DNA of 64,000 nt from Candidatus Sumerlaeia bacterium. Its GTDB lineage: Bacteria > Sumerlaeota > Sumerlaeia > JADFCW01. Location: positions 49,399 to 113,398 of the forward strand of contig JAOAGV010000001.1 of NCBI GenBank assembly GCA_026415575.1. Reading direction: 5' to 3'. Below the pieces are notes generated by a model. That model was not told where the DNA came from. It worked only from the letters and a program-made list of their open reading frames with translations, and made no database searches. The number at the start of each line of letters is the position of its first letter. The stretch's first letter is position 1. Position numbers and translations under genes: made by a program. Shown here in pieces: positions 1-9,461 of this stretch.

Positions 1-2104
1 CGGTCAGTCCGATGCGGTCGCGCGCCACGACGGCCGCCGGTTGGAAATCAAAGTTCTCCACGGTCAAGTCTGCTTGGGTCGAACCCGCGCCCACTTGAAG
101 CAGGCGGTCGGTGCGATACACGCGATTGTTCGACTCGCTGACCTCGCGCTGCTGGTCGAGCCGGTCCACCACAACACCCACGCGGTAAAGCCCGTCGGAA
201 ACACCGGCCATCAAGCGCCCGTCCACGGTGCTGAGTTGAAATGCACCGCCCGGCGCAAGCGAGGGCATCAAAACGGAGTTGCAGGCAAGAGTATCCAGCG
301 AGCTGAATGAAGCCTTATTGGAGAGCCAGATTTCGAGCCAGCAGGGGGCAGAAGCCACGCCGCCCAGATTCTGCACGGCGCCGGAAAACACGAGGGAGCC
401 GTCGCGCGCGACCGTTTCGGGCTGAAAGTCGAATGCCAGCGGCGCCAAATCCGGCAGCACGGCGACCAATGCCCGATGGACATTCAGCCGCCCATAGCCA
501 TAGGCATTGCTATAGCCGCTGGCATCATAATTGGCGGCGGCAGGGTCAATTTTGTCTGCCGATTGTTTCAACACCTCGGCTACCTGTGTGCGCATCAGAG
601 TGGGGGCAACCGACAAGACCAGTGCAGCGGCGCCGGCCGCCTGCGGTGTGGCCGCCGACGTCCCCGAAAACCATGTGTATCCGCCCAGCGAACTGGCTGC
701 ATAGACCGGATTGACAAAACCCGAATCGCCGCTGGGCGCCAGCAAAAACACACCGTATCCTGTCGCATAATTGCTGTAACCCGCGCGGACGTCCTGGTTG
801 GTGCTGGCTCCGATTCCCAGCACCATGGAATGGCTGGCCGGAAAACCAATTGTGCTTGTGCTTCCGGCGTTTCCAACAGCCGCGCAGATGACGCAGCCCA
901 GACCGCCACGGCCTGTTGTGGCCGCGTATTGGATGGCGGCACCGATGGTGTCATTCGGCAGCGAGCTCCAGCTCATCGAAAGCACGTCGGCATGGACGCC
1001 GGCATAGCGAATGGCCTCGGACAGCCGGCTCAGCGTCGGATTGGTTTCGCCGAGGACGCGGCAGGGAAGGATTTTGCAGCGCGGCGCCACACCGGCCACG
1101 CCCTCGGCGTTGTTGGCTTCGGCTGCGGCCATGCCCGCACAGGGCGTCGCGTGATAGTCGGACAAGCTGTCGGGCCGCGGATTGTTGTCGTTGGCGTAAA
1201 AGTCCCAGCCCGTGACATCGTCCACATAGCCATTGAAGTCGTCATCGAGGCCGTTGCCGGCGATTTCGCGCGGATTGTTCCAGATGTTGTTGCGCAAATC
1301 CGGATGATCTATGTGCAGTCCATCGTCAATGATGGCAATGGCGACCGCGGGCGAGCCCAGCGTGGTATCCCACGCCTCGACAGCGTCAATGTCGGCGTCG
1401 GGACGGCCGCCCGACTGGCCGGTATTGTGCAGATGCCACAGCAGGCCAAAATCCGGATCGTTGGGAAGAAACGAACGCCGAATTTCAACCTCGAAATTCG
1501 GCTCAGCCCACTGAACGCATCCCGATTGCACGGCGCGTGCAGCCGCTTCCATCGCGGCAAACGGCCCTCCCTGCCCGAGCCGCAACCGCACAATTCGGTG
1601 GTCGCTTGCGGTGCGTTCCACCAAGACCGGCCGAAACGAATCTAGAGCGCGAATGAGGCCGACCCACTCATTTTCATCGCGCAGGCACGCCATCAGCTCG
1701 TCGTTCAGCGTCGCCCGCAAACCCGACGGCGGATGGGCCAACACCGCATAGACGCCGCGCACTTTGCCTTCGGCTTGCCACGCTTCGGCCATGGCAAGCC
1801 ACTGCCGGCGCTCCAGTGCCTGCGGCCAGCGCAGCACAAACCGACGTCCGTCGCGCGATGCCGCTTGAATCGCCGGCAACGGCAACAACTGAAGTTCCGG
1901 CGTCAGGCGATTTGCCAAGAATTGTATTGCCTGCGCCCCGCTGGTTTCCACGACCATCTCTCCGCGCAGCCAGCAAAACGGAACACTGGTTCCATCGCTG
2001 AGGCGAAGGCAGTAATCCGGGTCTGCGTCGGCTTGGGCATAGCTCATTGCAAGCACGGCCAGCCCTACCATCAAACACACAATACGGTCTGCGGTGGTAC
2101 GCAT
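1..2104 (-). CDS. S8 (subtilisin-like) serine peptidase, partial (C-terminus beyond window edge)
   Basis: Reverse-strand translation from ATG at 2104 gives a signal peptide (MRTTADRIVCLMVGLAVLAMSYAQA). Catalytic motifs appear in the D-H-S order of S8: AIAIIDDG, DYHATPCAGMAAA and FSGTSAATPQAAGAAAL. The frame stays open to position 1 with no stop, which explains its absence from the ORF track. Confidence 0.75.
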   Translation of the reverse strand, partial: MRTTADRIVCLMVGLAVLAMSYAQADADPDYCLRLSDGTSVPFCWLRGEMVVETSGAQAIQFLANRLTPELQLLPLPAIQAASRDGRRFVLRWPQALERRQWLAMAEAWQAEGKVRGVYAVLAHPPSGLRATLNDELMACLRDENEWVGLIRALDSFRPVLVERTASDHRIVRLRLGQGGPFAAMEAAARAVQSGCVQWAEPNFEVEIRRSFLPNDPDFGLLWHLHNTGQSGGRPDADIDAVEAWDTTLGSPAVAIAIIDDGLHIDHPDLRNNIWNNPREIAGNGLDDDFNGYVDDVTGWDFYANDNNPRPDSLSDYHATPCAGMAAAEANNAEGVAGVAPRCKILPCRVLGETNPTLSRLSEAIRYAGVHADVLSMSWSSLPNDTIGAAIQYAATTGRGGLGCVICAAVGNAGSTSTIGFPASHSMVLGIGASTNQDVRAGYSNYATGYGVFLLAPSGDSGFVNPVYAASSLGGYTWFSGTSAATPQAAGAAALVLSVAPTLMRTQVAEVLKQSADKIDPAAANYDASGYSNAYGYGRLNVHRALVAVLPDLAPLAFDFQPETVARDGSLVFSGAVQNLGGVASAPCWLEIWLSNKASFSSLDTLACNSVLMPSLAPGGAFQLSTVDGRLMAGVSDGLYRVGVVVDRLDQQREVSESNNRVYRTDRLLQVGAGSTQADLTVENFDFQPAAVVARDRIGLT

Positions 2105-2171
2105 CCACGAAGTTGCAGGTGGTCGAACGGCGGCATCGCTGCCTGACTGTGGAACCTTGTTCATGCGGGAG

Positions 2172-3266
2172 CTAGCCGATGAAGTCGCGCGGGTCGGGTG
2201 GTTTGCGGGTTACGCGCGGTTGGTGGTCGGCGTCGGCGGGACGCTCAACCCCCGTACCTTCGCGCAAGATAATCTCTTCGAGTGTCATCTTCTTGGGGCG
2301 CGGGACAAAACCGGGTGCCATCGCATATTGCAAAAGCCGCTGCCGGAGCATTTGTAGATCAAAAGGCTTGGAAAAGAAATCATTGGCGCCCAAGCGCTTG
2401 CAATACTCGATGTCGCGCGGCGAACACTTGGCCGAAATAAATAGGATGGGCGTATTCCGGTAACTTTGATTCTGCCGCAAGGATGCACACAACTGGTAGC
2501 CGCTCATCTTGGGCAACATTGCATCGAGAATAATGAAGTCCGGCTGATAATTAATGATTCGCTCCACCGCGCTCAGACCGTCGGGCGCCGTCGTCACCTC
2601 GAAATCTTCGCGAAGAACCAGCGACAGCATGCTGCGCAAGTCCTCATCGTCCTCGACGATCATGACGCGCGGGCGCGTGGGGGCAACCGCACGCGGCGGC
2701 GGTGGAGGCGGGGACGGCGGCTCCGGCGTGGTGGCGGGCGCGGACGGCTGCGGTCCCGTTACCGGCCGGGAAACCGCCGGGCGGGGCGGCGCTGCCGGTT
2801 CGGCTTTGGGTGGCGCAACAGGAGAAATATCCCCGTGCGCCGCCCAGAATTTGGACAGCTGCTCGATGGTATAGCGTTTCGGCCGCACTCGCGCGCAGGC
2901 CCGCTCAAGTGCATACGCGATCGTTTTGACCAAACGATCCGGATCAAACGGCTTGGTCAGATATAGTGTCGCGCCCGCCTCGTACCCTTTCATAATTTCT
3001 TCTTTGGCCCGCTTGGCCGAAAGAAACAACACAGGGACAGCGTGCAATTGGGGATGCTTTCGGATGGCCTTGCAGGTCTGGAAACCATCCATCAGAGGCA
3101 TGATCACATCGAGGACAATGAAATCCGGCTCCGCCAGTTCGATCTTGTCGAGCGCATCCAACCCGTCATAGGCTTCGACCACTTCATAGGTAGGGCTGAG
3201 CGTGAGGCGCAAAAGCGTCCGGACGTCTTCTTCGTCATCCACTACCATGATGCGAAATTTGTTCAT
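2172..3266 (-). CDS. response regulator with two tandem receiver (REC) domains joined by a Pro/Ala-rich linker
   Basis: Two CheY-like modules (MVVDDEEDV...DFIVLDVIMPLMDG...LSAK and VMIVEDDEDL...DFIILDAMLPKMSG...ISAK). The start is moved to MNKFRIMVV (ATG at 3266), which has GGAGG 8 nt upstream. There is no output domain. Confidence 0.85.
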   Translation of the reverse strand: MNKFRIMVVDDEEDVRTLLRLTLSPTYEVVEAYDGLDALDKIELAEPDFIVLDVIMPLMDGFQTCKAIRKHPQLHAVPVLFLSAKRAKEEIMKGYEAGATLYLTKPFDPDRLVKTIAYALERACARVRPKRYTIEQLSKFWAAHGDISPVAPPKAEPAAPPRPAVSRPVTGPQPSAPATTPEPPSPPPPPPRAVAPTRPRVMIVEDDEDLRSMLSLVLREDFEVTTAPDGLSAVERIINYQPDFIILDAMLPKMSGYQLCASLRQNQSYRNTPILFISAKCSPRDIEYCKRLGANDFFSKPFDLQMLRQRLLQYAMAPGFVPRPKKMTLEEIILREGTGVERPADADHQPRVTRKPPDPRDFIG

Positions 3267-3537
3267 CGCCGTTGCCTCCTCTGTTGCAAAACATATCTGG
3301 CCTTTTGCACCGGATTTGTTTTGAAAACGCCGCCTTGCCTTGCAGAGCCAACTGATTTCCTGCCACAAGAAACCTTCGCCGTCCATAATTTTTCGCGTGC
3401 ATAAAAAGACCGGGAGATTTCAAAAAGAACCTCGCGCAAGGAGGCGGGTGCATCTCCCGAAATTGAGAGACACTTCCCGCGAGCGCAAGCAAGACCGCCG
3501 CGGGATGCCGGAATAATCCCCCTCGCACAGCGCCAAG

Positions 3538-3684
3538 GACTTTGGACTGCGGCAGCCATGTTGCCGCTTTGCTGAAATCGTCCGTCGTCAGACAAAGCGT
3601 TTGCACTGTGGAAAACCGCCCCGCTTGGCGGGGTTGATCTTGGCGAAAAAGAAAGCGGCAGCGCGGCTGCCGCAGTCCAAAGCG
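3538..3684. repeat. MITE-like palindromic element, copy 1 (about 146 bp, about 30-bp terminal inverted repeats)
   Basis: The left end TTTGGACTGCGGCAGCCATGTTGCCGCTTTG is matched at the right end by its reverse complement, AAAGCGGCAGCGCGGCTGCCGCAGTCCAAAGC. The internal part is conserved with copies at about 13.9 kb and 25.5 kb. The element lies in a 580-bp intergenic gap. Confidence 0.7.
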
Positions 3685-3849
3685 TACGCCGGAGCGGCAA
3701 CGGCGAATGTGCCCAAACCGCGTGTCAACGCATTACACCAACCTCAATAATCCTTGCCCCGATCTTCGACAAAGTACAGAAATAAACAGTGCATAAACAT
3801 TCGGCTGTCGCAATGGCAGCGCACATTCTTTCGCAGGGAGGAATTGACC

Positions 3850-4959
3850 ATGCCCGCAAATCCCACGGAACCGGTCAAAATCGGTATCATCGGTTCGCAG
3901 TTCGTCGCCGAAATTCATGCGGCGTCGTTCAAGGCCATTCCCGATGCGGCCGAACTTGTGGCTGTCGCCTCGCCCAGTGCAGGCCATGCCGAATCGCTGG
4001 CCGCCCGCTACGGCATTCCGCGTGTGTTTCGCGACTACCGCGACATGTTGTGCGAGGCCGACATCGAGATGGTGACCATCGCGGCGCCCAACCGGCTTCA
4101 CGCAGAAATGGCAATTGCCGCCGCCGAAGCCGGCAAGCATGTTGTTTGCGAGAAGCCCCTTTGCATGACACTTGAAGAAGCCGACCGCATGATCGAAACT
4201 TGCCGCGCCCGCGGCGTTCTTCTGCTCTATGCCGAGGAACTTTTCTTCACACCCAAATATGTCAAAGCCAAGGAGATGGCCGATCAGGGCGCTTTCGGAA
4301 AAATCTATCTGGTCAAGCAGAGCGAAAAACATTTCGGGCCGCACTCGCCGTGGTTCTGGGACGTCGAACAATCGGGCGGCGGCGTGTTTTTCGACATGGG
4401 CTGCCACGGCGTCGCGTTTGCCTGGTGGTTTCTGAACCGGCCGGCCATCCGCAGTGTGTTCTGCCAGATGGGAACCTATGTGCACGGCGACAAAACGCGC
4501 GGCGAGGATAATTCCATCTGCATTATCGAATTTGACGGCGGGGCGGTGGGGCTCATCGAGGACAGCTGGGCGCGCCGCGGCGGCATGGATGACTGCATCG
4601 AGGTCTATGGTGAAGGCGGTGTAACCTACGCCGACTTGATGATGGGCAATGCGCTGCCGACCTACAGCGAATACGGCTACGGCTATGCGGTCGAGAAAGC
4701 ACCGACCACACGCGGCTGGTCGTGGCCGGTCTTCGACGAACTCTGGAACTATGGTTTCCCGCAGGAGATGCGCCACTTTTGCCGCTGTGCGCACGGGATC
4801 GAAAAACCGTTGGTCACCGGCGAAGACGGCCGCGTGGTAATGGAAGCGTTGCTGGCCGGCTATCAATCGGCCGGCACGGGGCAAAAAGTGGCCCTGCCAT
4901 TCCGCCCGACAGGCGTGGCCAAACCGATTGACTTGTGGCGAAGTCCCGTGCGGGTTTGA
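3850..4959 (+). CDS. Gfo/Idh/MocA family NAD(P)-dependent oxidoreductase
   Basis: N-terminal Rossmann motif KIGIIGSQFVAEIHA, then EKPLCMTLEEADRM. The start is moved to MPANPTEP (ATG at 3850), which has AGGGAGG upstream. Confidence 0.85.
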   Translation: MPANPTEPVKIGIIGSQFVAEIHAASFKAIPDAAELVAVASPSAGHAESLAARYGIPRVFRDYRDMLCEADIEMVTIAAPNRLHAEMAIAAAEAGKHVVCEKPLCMTLEEADRMIETCRARGVLLLYAEELFFTPKYVKAKEMADQGAFGKIYLVKQSEKHFGPHSPWFWDVEQSGGGVFFDMGCHGVAFAWWFLNRPAIRSVFCQMGTYVHGDKTRGEDNSICIIEFDGGAVGLIEDSWARRGGMDDCIEVYGEGGVTYADLMMGNALPTYSEYGYGYAVEKAPTTRGWSWPVFDELWNYGFPQEMRHFCRCAHGIEKPLVTGEDGRVVMEALLAGYQSAGTGQKVALPFRPTGVAKPIDLWRSPVRV

Positions 4960-4999
4960 GGTTTGTTGCACGGGAAACTAGCCGTTCCTATACCATGCA

Positions 5000-5269
5000 A
5001 ACACATCCACAGATTGCGCGGATTGCGCAAGTTGCGGGGCAGGCGCTTTTTAACAGGACTGTGTTAGGGGGAGATTTGGGAATAAAAACTGGAAGCATAA
5101 AGCCCATTAAGGCGAAATATCCATAAACTTAACTGCACCCCTTTAGCTGAATTCTAACATAACGCACAACAAAACCGAATGTGACATTCATCGGGATTAT
5201 ACAAAGACTTCACGCCAGATTTATTTATTCTTAGCTCACAATCTTTATAGGAAAGAAAGGGAAAGGGCT
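5000..5269 (+). promoter_or_regulatory. AT-rich (about 38% GC) leader/promoter region upstream of the tandem secretin genes
   Basis: A sharp GC drop relative to the flanks over a 270-bp non-coding stretch, ending at the RBS GAAAGGGAAAGGG before the ATG at 5270. Confidence 0.35.
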
Positions 5270-6937
5270 ATGAGGTTTGCCATGGTCTCTGCACTCTTTG
5301 TCGCTTTGCTTGCGCCCGCAGCGGCGGGTGAACCCAATCCTAGTGTTGAAAAACCGACTGCTCCTGACGAAATCCCCTCCAACGTTGTCAAAGTTCTGCG
5401 CACGACCAACAAGGCGCAGATCAACCGGTATGTCCCGAAGGTTTATGCATTCAAGAATGTAAATCCCTTCAGTGTGGTTCGCTTTTATCGGCGAGTGATA
5501 GAACTCGAAGAGGGACGGTTTGCAACATTTGTCGCTCCGGATGGGAAGAGCGGGTTGGTCTTGGTGGTTGTGCCGGAATACCAGATCGAATCGCTGGACA
5601 AGCTCATGACGTCGCTGGACCGGCCGGACCTGACCACATCGGGCGACGATTATTACAAATACATCCAGTTGCGCCACCGCGCCGCCGACGACGTGGGGTT
5701 TCTGGGGGCTGTCTGGAGCCAAGGAACGCGCAGCAGCAGCCGTCCGCCGGGCGGCTCGCGGGTCTCGGACGTTGAGTTTTATTGCGATCTGGAAACCAAC
5801 GCCATCTTTGTGCAAGGCCCGCAAAGCATTGCCGACTCGGTGGAATCCGCCGCCCGGGCGCTTGATCTGCCGGTGCCGCAAGTTCTGATCGAGGCGACGC
5901 TCTATGAGCTGGACTTGAACAACGACAATGCCATCGGCTTCGATTACTATGCGTGGAAAAACGGTCCGGGCCGCAATCTGTTTGCCGTTGGCGCTTATGC
6001 CGAATACGAAAAAGTCAACGAGCTGCAGGGGGGAGTGCCGCTTTACAACAGCGGTGTGAACAGCTTCGGACTTCCTGAAAGCCGCTTTCGCAGCCGCGGG
6101 GCCAACGCCGCCTACTTTCTCGATATTCCTTCGGCGTATCTAGACTTTTTAGTGACCAAGGGCGTGGGCCGGATCATTACAACAGGCCGCATTCTGAGCA
6201 AGATTCCGACGACATATAAGTCGGGCTTGAACGCCTTCGGACAGGCGACGTTTGATCCCGAAACGGACCGCCCCGCGCTCGCCGCCGCTCCCGCCGAGTT
6301 TCGCGCCAATGACGAGGTGCTTTACTACAAGGTCGAGACCGGTCCGACGCCCCGCGCCGGCGCGCGCGCACCGGCAAGTGTCCTCGACCCCTACGGCGAC
6401 GACCCAACCTATCCCGACAACCGCACGGTGGTCGGCAAGGCAGTGCCGCTGCGGGCCGGCGGCACGACGGTGAACCAGCGCACGCTGGCCGCCGTGGAGG
6501 TCGGAACGTTGCTGCAAGTGACCCCCCGCATTGCCGAGGAAGACATGTCGCTCCGGCTGCGAATGGAGGTCTCCAGCCTTCTGGGATTTGACGGCACGGG
6601 CAATCCACGCATCAGTGCCCGTCGCGTGGAAACTGACGTGCGCGTTCGCGACGGCGAAGAGGTCGTTTTCGGCGGCATCGAGCGGACATCGCGGATGCAG
6701 TCCACGCGCAAGATGCCGCTTCTGGGTTCGCTGCCCGGGATCGGCTGGGCGTTCGGACACGAAATGGGCGGCAGCAAAAAATGCGTAGTGGTGGCCGTGA
6801 TCCGGGCCGTCCGGCAGTCGGGCGGTCTAACGGCGGAGGCTGCCGAAGTCGCCCGCCAAGTCGGCGATGAGGCGCCCGCGCCTCTGCCACCCAACCGGTT
6901 CGGTTTTGATCAGTGGTGGATTGACAATACGCGGTAA
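5270..6937 (+). CDS. secretin-family outer-membrane channel protein (GspD/PilQ-like), paralog 1
   Basis: A signal peptide, then a secretin-N-like region (VVKVLRTTNKAQINRYV...). The secretin domain begins QVLIEATLYELDLNNDNAIGFDYYAWKNGPG. The C-terminal motif is KMPLLGSLPGIGWAFGHE. Confidence 0.75.
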   Translation: MRFAMVSALFVALLAPAAAGEPNPSVEKPTAPDEIPSNVVKVLRTTNKAQINRYVPKVYAFKNVNPFSVVRFYRRVIELEEGRFATFVAPDGKSGLVLVVVPEYQIESLDKLMTSLDRPDLTTSGDDYYKYIQLRHRAADDVGFLGAVWSQGTRSSSRPPGGSRVSDVEFYCDLETNAIFVQGPQSIADSVESAARALDLPVPQVLIEATLYELDLNNDNAIGFDYYAWKNGPGRNLFAVGAYAEYEKVNELQGGVPLYNSGVNSFGLPESRFRSRGANAAYFLDIPSAYLDFLVTKGVGRIITTGRILSKIPTTYKSGLNAFGQATFDPETDRPALAAAPAEFRANDEVLYYKVETGPTPRAGARAPASVLDPYGDDPTYPDNRTVVGKAVPLRAGGTTVNQRTLAAVEVGTLLQVTPRIAEEDMSLRLRMEVSSLLGFDGTGNPRISARRVETDVRVRDGEEVVFGGIERTSRMQSTRKMPLLGSLPGIGWAFGHEMGGSKKCVVVAVIRAVRQSGGLTAEAAEVARQVGDEAPAPLPPNRFGFDQWWIDNTR

Positions 6938-6965
6938 CGCACAGGCGGAGAAAGGAAAAGGAACA

Positions 6966-8762
6966 ATGCGCGGCGAAAAGAACAAATCATTCTGTTCGGC
7001 AGGTTGGACATACGGGAGGCGACTCTGGAAACCTGCATGGACGGTCGTTGCTGCTCTGCTGGTCGCCCTGAGCGTGGTTCACTACGGTGCCGTTATTATG
7101 TTTGCGGCACAATTCGATGAGAGCACCGGCGTCAATACGCGTCGCGGCGATCCCAGCCCCACGGCGGCCGAGAGCAACCTGGACGACTATACCTTTCAGG
7201 ACGAGCAGATCAATCTGGCCCCCGACAGCGGCGTGGTTAAAGTCCTGCGCGTCAACCAGAAGAATCTGATCAACGACTACGTGACGGAGATGATTCCGTG
7301 TCGCAACGTCAGCGTGCGGGAGATTCGCCATCTGATGCGGCAGGTTTGCGGGGCCGAAGGCGGGCGCGCCGAAGTCGTTCGCGACAAAAACCAAAAGGAA
7401 TACTTCATTCAGGTGATCTGCCCAAGGTTCCAACTGCCCTACCTGCGCGAAGCGATTGCGGCGCTCGACCAACCGTGGGTTCGCTACATGGACGACGGTG
7501 CGTCGGTCACCTACTACACGGCCAGATTTCGCGACATCCGCGCCGTGGACCGCCTCGCCACAATCTGGGCCGGCGACGGCGAAAGCCAAATTGACCTCGC
7601 CCGCAATGCTGTCCTTCGCTGGGACGAACCCTATCGCGTGAAGGAATACCGAACCCAAGGCGTGGTCATGGTGGATATCCCCGTCAATCAGGTGTTGCTC
7701 GATTTAAAAATCTACGAGATCAATGTAACCAACGACATCAAGTTGGGTTTGGACTACATTGCGTGGAAAAACGGCCCGGGACGCAATCTTGCAGAGTTGA
7801 TCGCCGCCGGCATGGAAAACCGCGAGCACTTCGCCAACGCATCGAGCATCTACAATCCGGTCTATCCGCGCGTGGTCAATCCCGGCCCCCGCGATTTGCA
7901 TCTGACGCGCGAGTTTGCCACCGGGCAATACCACGCTTTTGCCAACTATCTGATGACCTCGGCGTATCTGGATTTTCTGGTCTCCAAAGGCCGCGCAAAA
8001 ACGCTGGCTGCCACGCAGCTTCTGGCCACCAGCGGGCAGGGGCGCAACGCCGGCACCTCACCCGCACGGTTTGAGGCCGTGGACGACATCGCCGGCTTTG
8101 AAATCCACCCCAACGACGCGGGTGTCGAGACGGGAACCGGCGCGCGCCCGACGCGTCTGGCTACCACAATGGGACAGCTGATCGTGGACGGGGCCACGTC
8201 GCGCGCCATTCGCGACGACGACGGCAATCCGACGTTCACGTATTCCCCAAATCCGATCACCGTGGATACGCCCGTCCACAGCCGGACGCTGCAGTATGGA
8301 CTGCGCGGCAAAACTGGCCTTTTTTTTGAAGTGATTCCCCACGTGGCACTCGATGCCTGCGAGTTGGAGATCGTCGCCGGTGCATCGAGTCTCGCGGGCA
8401 CCGGCCCCGACGGGCTGCCGATTCTGGCGCAGCGGACAATCTCGGCGCAGATCAGCGTGCCCAATGGCCAGCCGATTGTGCTCAGCGGTCTGTCGCGCGT
8501 CACACGAGTCCACAACAACGCACGCATGCCGATTCTGGGGAAGATTCCGATTTTGGGCTATGTCTTCGGCGGCGAGATGGGCGTGCAGCGGGAAACACAG
8601 GTTGTTTTTATCCTCACGCCGACGATTATTGCGGCCTCGGATTCCGCCGTGACCTTGGGACATCAGGCGCGCGAGGCCATCGCGCGCGTCAAGGGCGAAA
8701 TCAAGACGATGCCGCCGCGCCATCCGCTGGGATTCGACCAGTGGCTGCTGGGGGAAGAGTAG
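6966..8762 (+). CDS. secretin-family outer-membrane channel protein, paralog 2
   Basis: The same architecture: VVKVLRVNQKNLINDYV; QVLLDLKIYEINVTNDIKLGLDYIAWKNGPG; ARMPILGKIPILGYVFGGEMGVQRETQVVFILTPTII. The shared C-terminal tail (GFDQWLL versus GFDQWWI) shows a tandem duplication. Start at the MRGEKNK ATG at 6966. Confidence 0.75.
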   Translation: MRGEKNKSFCSAGWTYGRRLWKPAWTVVAALLVALSVVHYGAVIMFAAQFDESTGVNTRRGDPSPTAAESNLDDYTFQDEQINLAPDSGVVKVLRVNQKNLINDYVTEMIPCRNVSVREIRHLMRQVCGAEGGRAEVVRDKNQKEYFIQVICPRFQLPYLREAIAALDQPWVRYMDDGASVTYYTARFRDIRAVDRLATIWAGDGESQIDLARNAVLRWDEPYRVKEYRTQGVVMVDIPVNQVLLDLKIYEINVTNDIKLGLDYIAWKNGPGRNLAELIAAGMENREHFANASSIYNPVYPRVVNPGPRDLHLTREFATGQYHAFANYLMTSAYLDFLVSKGRAKTLAATQLLATSGQGRNAGTSPARFEAVDDIAGFEIHPNDAGVETGTGARPTRLATTMGQLIVDGATSRAIRDDDGNPTFTYSPNPITVDTPVHSRTLQYGLRGKTGLFFEVIPHVALDACELEIVAGASSLAGTGPDGLPILAQRTISAQISVPNGQPIVLSGLSRVTRVHNNARMPILGKIPILGYVFGGEMGVQRETQVVFILTPTIIAASDSAVTLGHQAREAIARVKGEIKTMPPRHPLGFDQWLLGEE

Positions 8763-8838
8763 GATTTTGGATTTCGATTTGCGATTTTGGATTGACGGCC
8801 ACGCCGTATCACCTTTTTTCCGCTTTGGGTGAAAATGG

Positions 8839-9444
8839 CTATGGGGCGATTCGGACGCGGCGGCCCTCGATGCGGACCTTGCCTTGGGCGATGAGCGTGA
8901 TTGCGCGGGGGAGCAGTTTGTGCTCCTCCTTGAGAATTCGCGCCGACAGCGTCTCAACCGTGTCGTCTTCTTCGACCGGCACGGCCGCCTGCAGGATGAT
9001 CGGACCGTGGTCCACCTGATCATCCACGAAATGGACGGTGCAGCCGCTGATCTTGACGCCGTATTCGAGCGCCTGCCGCTGGCCTTCCAGTCCGGGGAAC
9101 GACGGCAGAAGCGCCGGATGGATGTTGATGATGCGGTTGGGGAAGGCTTCGAGCAGCGGCGCTTTGACGATGCGCATATAGCCGGCGAGGACAATGAGAT
9201 CAATGCCGCGCGGCTTGAGAAAATCGGCGATGGCTTGGTTGTGCGCCTTGTTGGTCGGAAAGTCCTCGCGGCGAAACACGGCTGTCTCGATGCCGTGGGC
9301 GCGGGCGAACTCAAGCGCTTTGGCCTGCGGGTTGTCGCTCACAAGCACATTGACGACGGCGGGCACTTCGCCCGCTTCAATTTTTTCGACGATCGAGGCG
9401 AAGTTGCTGCCCCGACCCGATGCCATAACGGCAAGGGTAAGCAT
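8839..9444 (-). CDS. purN: phosphoribosylglycinamide formyltransferase
   Basis: The sequence LTLAVMASGRGSNFASIV...IDLIVLAGYMRIV...NIHPALLPSFPG is the classic PurN. Confidence 0.9.
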   Translation of the reverse strand: MLTLAVMASGRGSNFASIVEKIEAGEVPAVVNVLVSDNPQAKALEFARAHGIETAVFRREDFPTNKAHNQAIADFLKPRGIDLIVLAGYMRIVKAPLLEAFPNRIINIHPALLPSFPGLEGQRQALEYGVKISGCTVHFVDDQVDHGPIILQAAVPVEEDDTVETLSARILKEEHKLLPRAITLIAQGKVRIEGRRVRIAP

Positions 9445-9461
9445 GGTTGCATCTTCCTATT

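Noticed and set aside
476-1645. 389-aa plus-strand ORF (Gly/Arg/Ala-rich) and several other ORFs between 1 and 2146
   Set aside because: They are antisense or off-frame to a clean minus-strand S8 peptidase reading frame with signal peptide and D/H/S catalytic motifs. The composition is typical of high-GC antisense artefacts.
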